Shown piece after piece: positions 1 through 9,007 of a stretch of 64,000 nucleotides of DNA. This stretch comes from a virus (Duplodnaviria > Caudoviricetes). How positions within the stretch are numbered: position 1 is the stretch's first letter; each line of letters begins with the position of its first letter. The notes beneath the pieces were generated by a model. The model was given only the letters and a program-made list of their open reading frames with translations. It ran no database searches and was not told where the DNA came from. Location: IMG/VR virus record IMGVR_UViG_3300010429_000981, positions 1 through 64,000 of that record. One strand, 5' to 3'. Made by a program: the position numbers and the translations under genes.

Positions 1-16
1 TAATTGGAGTAAATAG

Positions 17-868
17 ATGCCCAGTAATATCAATGTAACAGCACCGGCAACAGGAGCGCAAGTAACTTCTGAGGGATTAAGAGAAGTATTTAGTACGATT
101 AAAGGGGAAATTGAGGCCCTACAATCTTCTGATTTATCAACTGCTGAATCTATTGGCACGATTATAGAAGACCTTAATACATTAGAAGATACTGTTACTG
201 GTGCATTAGAAGATATTGGAAATGTTTCGGGAGTTGCTGGAACTGCATTACAACCTAATACGCCAGTACATCTAGGTAGTTTGAATAATTATGTTTCTGT
301 TGATGAACACGGAACATTAAGATTAGGCGGTGATGGAACATATTTTGAAGATTTGATAGGTGATATTGGTTCTACTGTAACAAGTGGTCCTGGTGTATCG
401 TTAAATGATGCTGAACAAACTATAGATTTTGTTGCTACTGCTAATTTATCAGATTATGCCTGGAATTCATATCAATTAAAACATGCATGGAAAGCCGGTT
501 CAATCATTAGACCACATATTCATTGGGAACAAACTTTATCTGGTGTTCCTAATTGGTTAATGAAATATAGATGGCAAATACAAGGTGGCGCAAAAACTAC
601 CGCATGGACAAATTATAAATGTAATTCTATTGCATTTCCTTATGTTAGTGGAACTCTTAATCAAATTTCTTATGGTACTGGTATTGTTGCTCCGGTAAAT
701 TTTTCTATATCTGATATCATTCAGATACAATTATATAGAGATACTACCAATGCCTCTACTCTATTTACTGCTGTAGATCCTAATAACGCCACTGCTAGAA
801 TTGCTTCATTTGATGTTCATATTGAATGTGATGCACTAGGTTCTAATACTGAATATACAAAAGAATAA
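17..868 (+). CDS. Hypothetical protein, possibly virion structural or tail-fibre associated
   Basis: 283 aa ORF with RBS GGAG. Helical N-terminus and a beta-rich C-terminal domain; no diagnostic motif. Confidence 0.35.
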   Translation: MPSNINVTAPATGAQVTSEGLREVFSTIKGEIEALQSSDLSTAESIGTIIEDLNTLEDTVTGALEDIGNVSGVAGTALQPNTPVHLGSLNNYVSVDEHGTLRLGGDGTYFEDLIGDIGSTVTSGPGVSLNDAEQTIDFVATANLSDYAWNSYQLKHAWKAGSIIRPHIHWEQTLSGVPNWLMKYRWQIQGGAKTTAWTNYKCNSIAFPYVSGTLNQISYGTGIVAPVNFSISDIIQIQLYRDTTNASTLFTAVDPNNATARIASFDVHIECDALGSNTEYTKE

Positions 869-941
869 AGGAGTTGAATATGTGATTTAATATATTTTTT
901 TAACAAATCTAACTAACACAATTAACTATAGGTGAAAATAA

Positions 942-1190
942 ATGATTTCCAATCCAGAAGACCGCAAGAAACTTAGAAACGCTATTAATGAAATTTCTAA
1001 TTCCTATACCAGAATTCAGGCAGAACGTGATTTGGTAAAAGAAATTGTAGTAGATATTTCAGATAAACTACAAATTCCCAAGAGAACCATTACCAAAATT
1101 GCTCGAATTTATTATAAGCAAAACTTTAATGAAGAGCAAGAAAGTTTTGAGGAACTTGAAAGTCTTTATGAAGAAATGACTACTGCATAG
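942..1190 (+). CDS. dsbA: Double-stranded DNA-binding protein (T4 DsbA-like)
   Basis: 82 aa; pattern IQAERDLVKEI...KIARIYYKQNF..E.E.FE.LY resembles DsbA, and the position upstream of RNase H fits T4-like gene order. Confidence 0.7.
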   Translation: MISNPEDRKKLRNAINEISNSYTRIQAERDLVKEIVVDISDKLQIPKRTITKIARIYYKQNFNEEQESFEELESLYEEMTTA

Positions 1191-1201
1191 GATATAAAAT
1201 C

Positions 1202-2311
1202 GTGATTACCAAAAAACCAATTACTAGAAAACCTAATACTGAAAAACATCTTGCTATCATCTCAGGATCTTCTATTCATGCTCCTACTATTTCAGAGAAA
1301 AATTATACTATTGATATGGTAGTAGCATTAAATTGGTATGGTAATCAAGATTCAGCAAAATTTAGAAAATATGCGCTAGATTATGCTAAAACAGTAGAAC
1401 GTGGCGAATGTATTCCATCACTAGAAAAATCATCTGATATAGAACTTTATTATATCGGTGTACTAGGCCATATGCTACTAAGAAACCAATACATCTCAGA
1501 TAAACATATTAATCTAATCAATGAATCATTAAATAATCTATTGGTTAAATACTCTAAACCAAAAACAAATAATACTTCTATTGAAAAAGTTGTCGATAAA
1601 ACTAATGACAAAATTAATGAATTAGTTACTAAATATGGTGCAGAGATAGACGCAGAACTTGATGAATTAGTTCTTAATAAAAATTCTACCTTTTCTACTA
1701 AAGCCTTTTTAGAACAAAATAATATCAATTCTACTACGGCTAAGAAATTAGGTAATCTATATATTGATTTATTGAATGAATTAAATAATATTGATAATGA
1801 TTCTGAATTAGCAGAGGGATATAATAATTTTAGTAAAATAGAATTACGCAGATATAGGGTATTTGTTCAGGCTATTATTAATGAATGTAATCAATATGCA
1901 GAATCTACTAAGGTAAAAAGAACAGTTAGAGTAGTAAAACCCAAACCTGCCTCTGTTGTTACGGCTAATGTTCAATACCTTAAAGAATTTCCTGAATTAA
2001 ATCTTAAATCAGTAAATGTTACGAAATTAGTTGATTCCTCTGAAATTTGGGTGTATAATACAGTTACTAGAAAAATATCTGTATATTATTCAGTAGATAC
2101 TAAAATGTCAGTGAAGGGAACTACTATTATCAACTATGATATTCTAAAATCTACTACTAAAACCATTAGAAAACCAGAAGAAGCGTTTAAGTTATTGATT
2201 AATCTTAATAAAAGAACCATTAATAATTGGTTTAAGGATCTTACTACTAAACCTATTGTGGTATCTACTGGTAGATTAAATGCCGATAACATTATTCTAG
2301 CCATTTTTTAA
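1202..2311 (+). CDS. Conserved T4-like phage hypothetical protein
   Basis: 369 aa with GTG start. The C-terminal WVYNT..RK...Y...SVKGTTI..D...S..KTIRKPEE pattern is typical of the ORF preceding rnh in T4-like phages. Confidence 0.5.
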   Translation: MITKKPITRKPNTEKHLAIISGSSIHAPTISEKNYTIDMVVALNWYGNQDSAKFRKYALDYAKTVERGECIPSLEKSSDIELYYIGVLGHMLLRNQYISDKHINLINESLNNLLVKYSKPKTNNTSIEKVVDKTNDKINELVTKYGAEIDAELDELVLNKNSTFSTKAFLEQNNINSTTAKKLGNLYIDLLNELNNIDNDSELAEGYNNFSKIELRRYRVFVQAIINECNQYAESTKVKRTVRVVKPKPASVVTANVQYLKEFPELNLKSVNVTKLVDSSEIWVYNTVTRKISVYYSVDTKMSVKGTTIINYDILKSTTKTIRKPEEAFKLLINLNKRTINNWFKDLTTKPIVVSTGRLNADNIILAIF

Positions 2312-2324
2312 TAGGAGAATTACC

Positions 2325-3185
2325 ATTTTACTCATTGACTTCAATCAGGTAGCATTATCAAGTATTTTTGATATGCCCTCAGAACTTAAACAATTAGAGG
2401 ATGATGAAGAAGGAACATTACGCTTAGTTCGGCATGTGGTATTAAATACTCTACGATATTATAATAAAAAATTTGGTGGTTATTATGGAGAAATGGTAAT
2501 AGCCTGTGATTCTAAAAATTATTGGCGCAGAGATATTTTTCCATTCTATAAAGCAGGCAGAGCAAAAGAACGAGAAGATTCTGACTACAATTGGAAATTT
2601 ATCTTCAACGGTCTTAATAATGTTAAATCAGAATTAATTGTTTATTTTCCCTATAAAGTAATTGAAATTGATAATGTAGAGGCAGATGATATTATTGCAG
2701 TATTAGCCAAAAATACTACAGAAAATGTTATTATTGTTTCTAATGATCATGATTTTCAACAATTATATAAATATCCTAATGTTAAGCAAGTACTACACTC
2801 TAATAAGCAGATAGTTACTGTTGATGATCCTAATAAAGTAATATTAGAGCATATTATTCGTGGTGATAGAAAGGATGGTGTTCCTGGTATTTTAGGTGAT
2901 GATGATGTATTTGTAAATGTCAGTAAACGTCAGGGAAGATTAACTGCTAATAAAATGGCTAAATATTTATCATTAGGATATGATGGTCTTGAAAATGATT
3001 ATCAAAGGGCTAATTGGAAACGTAACCAACAATTAGTAGATTTTGATTATATTCCAGAGGAAATTCAGCAATCTATTATTGATAAATATAATACCGCTAC
3101 TACACAAACCAATAGGACAATTATCATGGATTATCTAGTTAAATATCGCTGTAATCTATTATTAGAACATATGGATGACTTCTAA
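2325..3185 (+). CDS. rnh: RNase H / 5'-3' flap exonuclease (T4 Rnh); start moved upstream to ATT 2325
   Basis: Motifs ACDSKNYWRRDIFPFYKAGR, VEADDII, SNDHDFQQL, GDRKDGVPGI. The in-frame upstream extension ILLIDFNQVALSSIFD carries the conserved first acidic motif, and AGGAG at 2313-2317 lies 7 nt before the ATT. Confidence 0.9.
   Translation: MLLIDFNQVALSSIFDMPSELKQLEDDEEGTLRLVRHVVLNTLRYYNKKFGGYYGEMVIACDSKNYWRRDIFPFYKAGRAKEREDSDYNWKFIFNGLNNVKSELIVYFPYKVIEIDNVEADDIIAVLAKNTTENVIIVSNDHDFQQLYKYPNVKQVLHSNKQIVTVDDPNKVILEHIIRGDRKDGVPGILGDDDVFVNVSKRQGRLTANKMAKYLSLGYDGLENDYQRANWKRNQQLVDFDYIPEEIQQSIIDKYNTATTQTNRTIIMDYLVKYRCNLLLEHMDDF
2766..2773 (+). promoter_or_regulatory. T4-type late promoter box TATAAATA inside rnh, upstream of the spanins
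   Basis: Exact consensus 8-mer upstream of late-type lysis genes. It is intragenic in AT-rich DNA, so it could be chance. Confidence 0.4.
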
Positions 3186-3187
3186 AC

Positions 3188-3730
3188 ATGATTCCATTAT
3201 TACCATTATTATCTATTAAAAATTTAAGTATTGCATTAGGTTTCATTGTCATTACCGGAGCATTATATGTAAAAGGTCGCTATGATGGCGCTGATAAAGT
3301 AGAATTACAATATGCTCAGGAAAAATTAGTATGGGAACAAAAAATTAGTGAAGAACAAAACAAATTAGACGATAAAGTTCAGGAAGCCGTTAAAGAATAT
3401 ATTAAATCTTCTGGTAGTGCTAAAGAAATTATTAAATATGTAAAAAGCAAACCTACTATTATTACTAAATATATTCCTGATGATAGTTGTGAAATTCCTA
3501 ATAGTTTTGTAGAACTACATAATAAAGCCGTAGACAATAAATCTCTAGGTGATTTACAAGATAATACTGCTAGCGGAATGTCCTCTAAAAAATTATCAGA
3601 TGTTGCCGCTACTATTACGGTAAATTATTATCAATATAACGAAATGAAAACTAAACTAGAAACATTACAGCAAATAGTAAAGAACTATAAAAATCAACAA
3701 TCTAACTTAATAGGTATTGGTAGTGAATAA
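3188..3730 (+). CDS. Putative inner-membrane spanin (Rz-like)
   Basis: N-terminal TM helix followed by a coiled coil; overlaps a downstream lipoprotein gene. Confidence 0.6.
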   Translation: MIPLLPLLSIKNLSIALGFIVITGALYVKGRYDGADKVELQYAQEKLVWEQKISEEQNKLDDKVQEAVKEYIKSSGSAKEIIKYVKSKPTIITKYIPDDSCEIPNSFVELHNKAVDNKSLGDLQDNTASGMSSKKLSDVAATITVNYYQYNEMKTKLETLQQIVKNYKNQQSNLIGIGSE

Positions 3731-3867
3731 TGAATAAATATTTAGTTTTATTAATGTTGTTATTATCAGGTTGTTCTAGTACTGGATTGGTTTCGCATAG
3801 AGAACAATTATTATTAAACATTCCTAATGAATTATTAGAAGCACCACAACCATTAAACAAATTATAA
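3730..3867 (+). CDS. Putative outer-membrane spanin lipoprotein (Rz1-like), not in the ORF track
   Basis: MNKYLVLLMLLLSGCSSTGLVSHREQLLLNIPNELLEAPQPLNKL has a signal peptide II with lipobox LSGC and a Pro-containing tail; TAATG overlap with the upstream gene. Confidence 0.7.
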   Translation: MNKYLVLLMLLLSGCSSTGLVSHREQLLLNIPNELLEAPQPLNKL

Positions 3868-3882
3868 CAAAGAGAGAATATT

Positions 3883-4434
3883 ATGGCCGCAAAATATGTT
3901 ACTGAAGTATTGAAAGAATTGAATGATGATTTGTCGTTATTTGAAAGTACTTATAAGAAGACCGGAGAAAATAGTGTATTAGAAATTCTATTCAAACATG
4001 CTTATTTACCTGAATATAAGTTTTTATTACCTCCTGCTGCTCCACCTTTTAAGCCTAATACTGCGCCTGTAGGCATGAGTCCCGCATCATTTATTCAGGA
4101 AATTAGGAAATTTGGACTATTTACCAGAACAGATATTAATAATTTCAAGCGTGAGATGTTATTTATTCAATTATTAGAAAATCTTCATCCCTCTGAATCT
4201 AAGATTTTATTAGCCATTAAGGATCAAAATTTATATAAGTTGTATAAAAATCTTACTTATGGTAATATTGCTAAGGCTGGTTATCTACCTATTAAAGAAG
4301 TTGTAGAAGAACCTGTAGCGAAGCCTGTAGTAGAAAAAGTAGTTAAGGTTAGAAAGCCAAGAGTTACTAAAAAGCCCGTTTTTTTTCGTGATGAGCAACC
4401 TTCTCAGGAAACTATTAATACTGTTGAAGAATAA
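3883..4434 (+). CDS. Conserved T4-like phage hypothetical protein
   Basis: LPPAAPPFKP...REMLFIQLLENLHPSESKILLAIKD pattern common in T4-like phages. Confidence 0.55.
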   Translation: MAAKYVTEVLKELNDDLSLFESTYKKTGENSVLEILFKHAYLPEYKFLLPPAAPPFKPNTAPVGMSPASFIQEIRKFGLFTRTDINNFKREMLFIQLLENLHPSESKILLAIKDQNLYKLYKNLTYGNIAKAGYLPIKEVVEEPVAKPVVEKVVKVRKPRVTKKPVFFRDEQPSQETINTVEE

Positions 4435-4444
4435 TTAATAAATT

Positions 4445-4882
4445 ATGAAATATTCATTATCTCCTAGAGAATTATCCTTTTATATGGATGTTGCTATTAG
4501 AAGTGCTAAAATGTCTAGGTGTGAAATATTGAAAGTTGGCGCGGTTATTGTAAAAAAGGATAATATCATTTCTTTTTCATGGAATGGTACTAGCCCAGGT
4601 GATGATAATTGTTGCGAACACAGTAACGATCATGGTATACTAACAACTAAACCAGAAGTCATTCATGCAGAGGAAAATGCCATTCTAAAATTGGCTAAAC
4701 AAGGAAGTTCTGGTAAAAATAGTATATTAGTTTGTACTCATGCCCCTTGTATCGATTGTGCTACTATGATTCATAGTGTGGGTATTAAAACGGTATATTA
4801 TAAAGATATGTATAAAAATGATGATGGTCTATGTTTTCTAATTAACCATAAGATTAATGCGATAAATTATAACGTAATATGA
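4445..4882 (+). CDS. cd: dCMP deaminase
   Basis: Zn motifs HAEENA and PCIDCA, plus VGAVIVK and WNGT. Confidence 0.9.
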   Translation: MKYSLSPRELSFYMDVAIRSAKMSRCEILKVGAVIVKKDNIISFSWNGTSPGDDNCCEHSNDHGILTTKPEVIHAEENAILKLAKQGSSGKNSILVCTHAPCIDCATMIHSVGIKTVYYKDMYKNDDGLCFLINHKINAINYNVI

Positions 4883-5853
4883 AATCATTTATAGAATATA
4901 ATACCCCAAAAGAATTGGCAGTCTTTTGTAATGCGGGTGGAAGAGATGGACAATATAATTCCATAGATTTCCCTACAGATAATGATAAGGAATTTATAGC
5001 ATTTTCTAATTCAGGGGGGGGACCAGGACAATATGATGATTGGGGTAAAGTCGAAGAAAACCTTAATCCTAAAATTGACCCAGAGTTTGTACATACTAAT
5101 TCGGTAATATTTACTGACCCAATTAGAAACACTCATCAATTAGGACATGATAATAATACCCCTAAGAATGTGGGTATTCCTGATTTTCATGGTTTTGGAT
5201 ATGTTACTCCACATAATACCGCAGAACATGCAAAATTATCTAGGGTATTAACGACTAATGTAAAGGTCAATAACCATTATCATAATATTGTTTCAACTTA
5301 TACCACTAATTCATATATGTTGAATAAAACTTTACATGATCATGGTATATCTGGAAGTATTCCACCTAGAGTTATTAAGGCAAATGAAAACGTAGATTCT
5401 GAAATTGATACTGAAGAATTTGATAAGTTAATTAATTCACATTTAACTAAACAAGAAATGATGGTTTATTCAGGATTACATATCGATCCAAGTAACAGAG
5501 GAAGATCCATATATGTTAATCATCCTTATATGTCAACTTCTATAAATCCTCATGTTGCTAAGGATTTTGGTGCTACTTTTTCACAATATACCCCCAATGG
5601 TAAGAATTTTGTAAAACACATTTTAAGGATAATGGTTCCAAAGCATTACCCACATTTATTTACTGATAATAGTTCTGTGTTTCCTGGTCAAAGTGAGGTT
5701 ATTTTACCCAGACATACTCGATTTCAATTGGGTCATAAACCCACACATGTTATTTTTGGTCATTTTAATAGCCACTTTGATGATAAACCGCATAAAGACG
5801 GTGAACAGTTATATCATATCTGGACAGCAAAACTTTTACCCTACAGGAATTAA
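4879..5853 (+). CDS. ADP-ribosyltransferase-fold protein, paralog 1 (VIP2/Alt-like)
   Basis: YTTNSYMLNKTL helix, VYSGL, YMSTS and QSEVILPR. Confidence 0.75.
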   Translation: MKSFIEYNTPKELAVFCNAGGRDGQYNSIDFPTDNDKEFIAFSNSGGGPGQYDDWGKVEENLNPKIDPEFVHTNSVIFTDPIRNTHQLGHDNNTPKNVGIPDFHGFGYVTPHNTAEHAKLSRVLTTNVKVNNHYHNIVSTYTTNSYMLNKTLHDHGISGSIPPRVIKANENVDSEIDTEEFDKLINSHLTKQEMMVYSGLHIDPSNRGRSIYVNHPYMSTSINPHVAKDFGATFSQYTPNGKNFVKHILRIMVPKHYPHLFTDNSSVFPGQSEVILPRHTRFQLGHKPTHVIFGHFNSHFDDKPHKDGEQLYHIWTAKLLPYRN

Positions 5854-5983
5854 ATGTATAATTATTTTACTTTTTACAATAACGCAATGAAGTTTATTGA
5901 AAACTTTCCTAATGCTAAAATTGTATGCTGGCCTTATGGTCTTAATCTTAATAAATATGTAGTATTTTTACCGAATTCAGATA

Positions 5984-6124
5984 ATGAAAACAAACCGAGA
6001 TGGCAAAAAAATCAACAATCTAGTGGCTAAACATTGCTGGAAATTCAATGTGCCCAAAGTTTATAAAGATAAGACTAAATACATTAGAAAACAAAAACAT
6101 ACACATAAAGAGGAAATAAAATGA
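5984..6124 (+). CDS. Small basic protein (46 aa), not in the ORF track
   Basis: MKTNRDGKKINNLVAKHCWKFNVPKVYKDKTKYIRKQKHTHKEEIK; ATGA overlap with the next gene. Confidence 0.5.
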   Translation: MKTNRDGKKINNLVAKHCWKFNVPKVYKDKTKYIRKQKHTHKEEIK

Positions 6125-6417
6125 AAACATTACATAATACTGATATTAGTGGTGCCAGAGAAAATGTAAAGGATATTAAGGTTGTAGGTAATGGAGATAT
6201 GTTTCAATTGCTATGTAAAGCATCAAGTGAGAACGAAGGTTGGATGAAAAGTACAAAAGCTATGGAAGTTGCTGGTGGTTGTGTTGTTCAGGTAACTACT
6301 CAACAACGTAATCCAGATGGTAGTTATGCTATTGCAGAGGCATTAACATATGTTCCTAATGTTGTTATTACTAATGATGTAAACAACGGCAGAAAATTAC
6401 GTGGACGAAGTACTTAA
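6121..6417 (+). CDS. Conserved phage hypothetical protein
   Basis: 98 aa with strong RBS AGAGGA; WMKSTKAMEV..GCVVQVTTQ pattern. Confidence 0.5.
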   Translation: MKTLHNTDISGARENVKDIKVVGNGDMFQLLCKASSENEGWMKSTKAMEVAGGCVVQVTTQQRNPDGSYAIAEALTYVPNVVITNDVNNGRKLRGRST

Positions 6418-6431
6418 AGGAGAAAATTATT

Positions 6432-6644
6432 ATGAAAAAATTAATGATTGTTGGTATGATTTTGGTTGTTGGTGTCATGGTAGGATGTGCCTCTAGGAGC
6501 GATCTACAGGCTCTTAGGGACGATTTGGTAGAGGTACATAGTATGGCCGAGGGTGCTAATCAAACAGCCCTAAACGCCGCCCAATGCTGTGTAAACAACC
6601 GTCAAACTATTAACCGAATGTATGAAAAACTCATGACGAAATAG
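6432..6644 (+). CDS. Lpp/OprI-family alanine-zipper outer-membrane lipoprotein
   Basis: Signal peptide II ending MVGC-AS, a heptad helix, and C-terminal RMYEKLMTK with a terminal Lys. Confidence 0.75.
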   Translation: MKKLMIVGMILVVGVMVGCASRSDLQALRDDLVEVHSMAEGANQTALNAAQCCVNNRQTINRMYEKLMTK

Positions 6645-7008
6645 TTTTATAAAATTCTGACATAGCATTAAGTTCTGCTAAAGTCCCATCTGATTTTAGT
6701 CTATTAGCCTTATAACTAATTACAATAATATTATCAGATGTATAACCTTTAGAGGAATCAATTCTATCAATTGAATAACTACTATCTTTTACCATACCTC
6801 TATTGAAAAATAGAGGTATTTTTAAGATTGGGCAAGAAATTGGAAAACTAAGATCATATAAATCAACCATTGTTAAAGTAAATTCAATATTACGTTTTTT
6901 AGCAGAGGCTTTTAAGTGATTATATAATTCTTTTAAGTCTTTTTTATTAATATCAGTATGCATAATAATTATCCTTCTATCTCGCCATACATTACGATTT
7001 ATAGCCAA
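6631..7008 (-). CDS. His-Me finger (HNH-like) endonuclease; start possibly 6963
   Basis: CP.L.IPL...SIDRIDSSKGYTSDNIIVISYKANRLK. Only credible minus-strand gene in the first 38 kb. Confidence 0.7.
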   Translation of the reverse strand: MAINRNVWRDRRIIIMHTDINKKDLKELYNHLKASAKKRNIEFTLTMVDLYDLSFPISCPILKIPLFFNRGMVKDSSYSIDRIDSSKGYTSDNIIVISYKANRLKSDGTLAELNAMSEFYKTISS

Positions 7009-7060
7009 AAACGCCGTTAAGTCGTAATATATTGCTATTTATATGACCTGATAAAAGTTC

Positions 7061-7089
7061 TTGCATCGTGCCCAAATTTGTAGTATCAT
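7061..7089 (+). promoter_or_regulatory. Sigma70-type early promoter
   Basis: TTGCAT-17 nt-TATCAT in an intergenic gap. Confidence 0.6.
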
Positions 7090-7118
7090 ATTTTTATACC
7101 TAACAAAGAGAAAAAAAC

Positions 7119-7568
7119 ATGATTAACCATTGTAAAAATACTGTAGTTTTTACTAACACTTCTAAGGAACGTATTGATGAACTTCAGAATGTTTTAGAAT
7201 ATGTCGATGACTTTTTCCAATATTATCGTCCTATTCCTGAATTAGTAATAGTGATAGGCGACGTAGAATGTAATGATTGGTGTATGAAAAATTGGGGAGT
7301 AAAGGAAGATGTTTATATTGAACATTGGGAACGAATTACTGATACTTCTATAACATTATCGTTTTATTCAGATTGGAATCCTCCTATTGAATTTTATGAA
7401 TTCATGGTTAAAAATGGCTGGAATATTGAGGCATATTATTCAGAACCTATTATGTGTTCTGTCGGTAAATTTTATAATGGAAAAAATCATTGTTATGAAT
7501 ATGATTTAGATAATGCTACTACTTATAATTTTATTCCAGAAGACATTAGGGAATATGGGGGAATATAA
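7119..7568 (+). CDS. YubB/DUF1281-like ferredoxin-fold protein
   Basis: WCMKNWGVK...LSFYSDWNPPIEFY...EAYYSEP. Confidence 0.55.
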   Translation: MINHCKNTVVFTNTSKERIDELQNVLEYVDDFFQYYRPIPELVIVIGDVECNDWCMKNWGVKEDVYIEHWERITDTSITLSFYSDWNPPIEFYEFMVKNGWNIEAYYSEPIMCSVGKFYNGKNHCYEYDLDNATTYNFIPEDIREYGGI

Positions 7569-7571
7569 ATA
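7564..7571 (+). promoter_or_regulatory. T4-type late promoter TATAAATA
   Basis: Exact consensus at a gene boundary. Confidence 0.65.
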
Positions 7572-7591
7572 ATAGATGGGAGTAAAAAAAA

Positions 7592-7831
7592 ATGATTGGT
7601 GATGATACTTATGCTGATATGCGAACTACGAATAAATATAAAAAAAGTCTAATAAAGTCAAATATATGTCCAAAATGTTTTTCTCCATTAAAAACTGGTA
7701 TGGCTATTGAACCCGACATGGAATATGGTGCGAGATATTTAATTCCTCCACCATTAATTAATTCAGATACTATTGAATTGATTTCTGTTAAAAAATGTGT
7801 AAATTGTGGCCATAGCGAAAGTAATGATTAA
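7592..7831 (+). CDS. Hypothetical zinc-ribbon protein
   Basis: Two CxxC pairs (CPKC, CVNC). Confidence 0.45.
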   Translation: MIGDDTYADMRTTNKYKKSLIKSNICPKCFSPLKTGMAIEPDMEYGARYLIPPPLINSDTIELISVKKCVNCGHSESND

Positions 7832-7866
7832 TAATATATAAAAATTATAATAAAAGAGGAATATTT

Positions 7867-8583
7867 ATGAAAACATATAAATACTTAATTACTGAAGATT
7901 TTCAGCAAGTTGGTAGTAGATTAGGAAGTAATGTTGGGGGAAAATATACCTCTAATGGAGAACATTATTATATAAAATTCCCTAAAAATCCTGATCAAGC
8001 CAAAACTGAGGTATTGACTGGTAAAATTCAGAAACTAATGGGAATTAATACCCTAGAACCTGAACATAAAATTATTGGTGGTAAACATGCGGTAGTTACT
8101 AAATGGGTTAATGATATGGATAAATTAACCCATCATAATTCATATGATTTATCACATGATCAAAATAGAGAAATAGGTAAAATTTTTGCTGCTGGAGTAT
8201 TAACTAAAAATTGGGATGCGGTTGGTACTGGATTAAATTATGGATCGGGTAATATTGATATACATCGCTCAGGAAAAATTTATAATATAGATCCAGGTGG
8301 TTCTTTTGAATTTAGAGCACAAGGAGCACATAAAGATTATACTCCTGATGTTAATGAAATTCATACATTAAGAAATCCTAGTATGAATTTAGAATCTGCT
8401 AGTATATTTAATACTGCTTTTACTAACACTCCTGATGCTATTCAACATGGAGTAAATGCGGTTAAAAATTTAGATGATGATAAAGTAAAAGAAGTATTTG
8501 CTAATTCAGGGCTATCTAATTGGGAAGAATTACATCAAACATTTAAGAGTAGAAAAGAACAATTTTTGAATCATTTTAAGTAG
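7867..8583 (+). CDS. HipA/PI3K-like kinase-fold protein with a capsid-targeting-like N-terminus
   Basis: GSNVGG loop, YYIK, EVL, NWDAVG...GNI and IDPGGS; N-terminus MKTYKYLITE. Confidence 0.6.
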   Translation: MKTYKYLITEDFQQVGSRLGSNVGGKYTSNGEHYYIKFPKNPDQAKTEVLTGKIQKLMGINTLEPEHKIIGGKHAVVTKWVNDMDKLTHHNSYDLSHDQNREIGKIFAAGVLTKNWDAVGTGLNYGSGNIDIHRSGKIYNIDPGGSFEFRAQGAHKDYTPDVNEIHTLRNPSMNLESASIFNTAFTNTPDAIQHGVNAVKNLDDDKVKEVFANSGLSNWEELHQTFKSRKEQFLNHFK

Positions 8584-8592
8584 GAATATAAT

Positions 8593-8910
8593 ATGTGGTT
8601 AGTATTGAATAAAGGATTTTTGAGTATTGTTAATAAAGAAGGGTCATTAGTAGTAAGAGCAAGAGATAGAAAACATCTTGAATATTATTTTCCTGATTAT
8701 CCTATTGAAGAATCTGATAAAACAGATTATAAATTTAGAATTAGAATCAGTAAAGAAGAATTTAGTAGTTTTCTATTATCATTAAGTGAAAGTATTGATT
8801 ATGATAATTTTAAGGATTCAGTAAAAGAAAATAGTTTGAAGAAATTTTGTGAACAAGTTTGGTTTATTGGTTACAAATGTTTGGGTAGACCTTTAATGAC
8901 GTTTTTATAG
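8593..8910 (+). CDS. Conserved phage hypothetical protein
   Basis: MWLVLNKGFLSIV...LVVRARD...DYKFR...IDYDNFKDSV. Confidence 0.5.
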   Translation: MWLVLNKGFLSIVNKEGSLVVRARDRKHLEYYFPDYPIEESDKTDYKFRIRISKEEFSSFLLSLSESIDYDNFKDSVKENSLKKFCEQVWFIGYKCLGRPLMTFL

Positions 8911-8999
8911 AAGATAAACCAATCGGGGTATTGGGATTGCCTGGAAAGCAATGCGAACTTGAAATAAAGTTTACGGGTCGGAACCGTTGTCTTCTGCCA
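8909..8999 (+). tRNA. tRNA-Ser(GGA), atypical D- and T-arms
   Basis: Acceptor stem AGAAGAT/GTCTTCT, discriminator G, encoded CCA, anticodon arm ATTGC-CTGGAAA-GCAAT, long variable arm. T-loop is GTCGGAA. Confidence 0.8.
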
Positions 9000-9007
9000 C
9001 TTAAATA

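Noticed and set aside
5984..6030. Apparent frameshift at the A7 run after ATG 6000
   Set aside because: The basic peptide has its own in-frame ATG at 5984, so no frameshift is needed.
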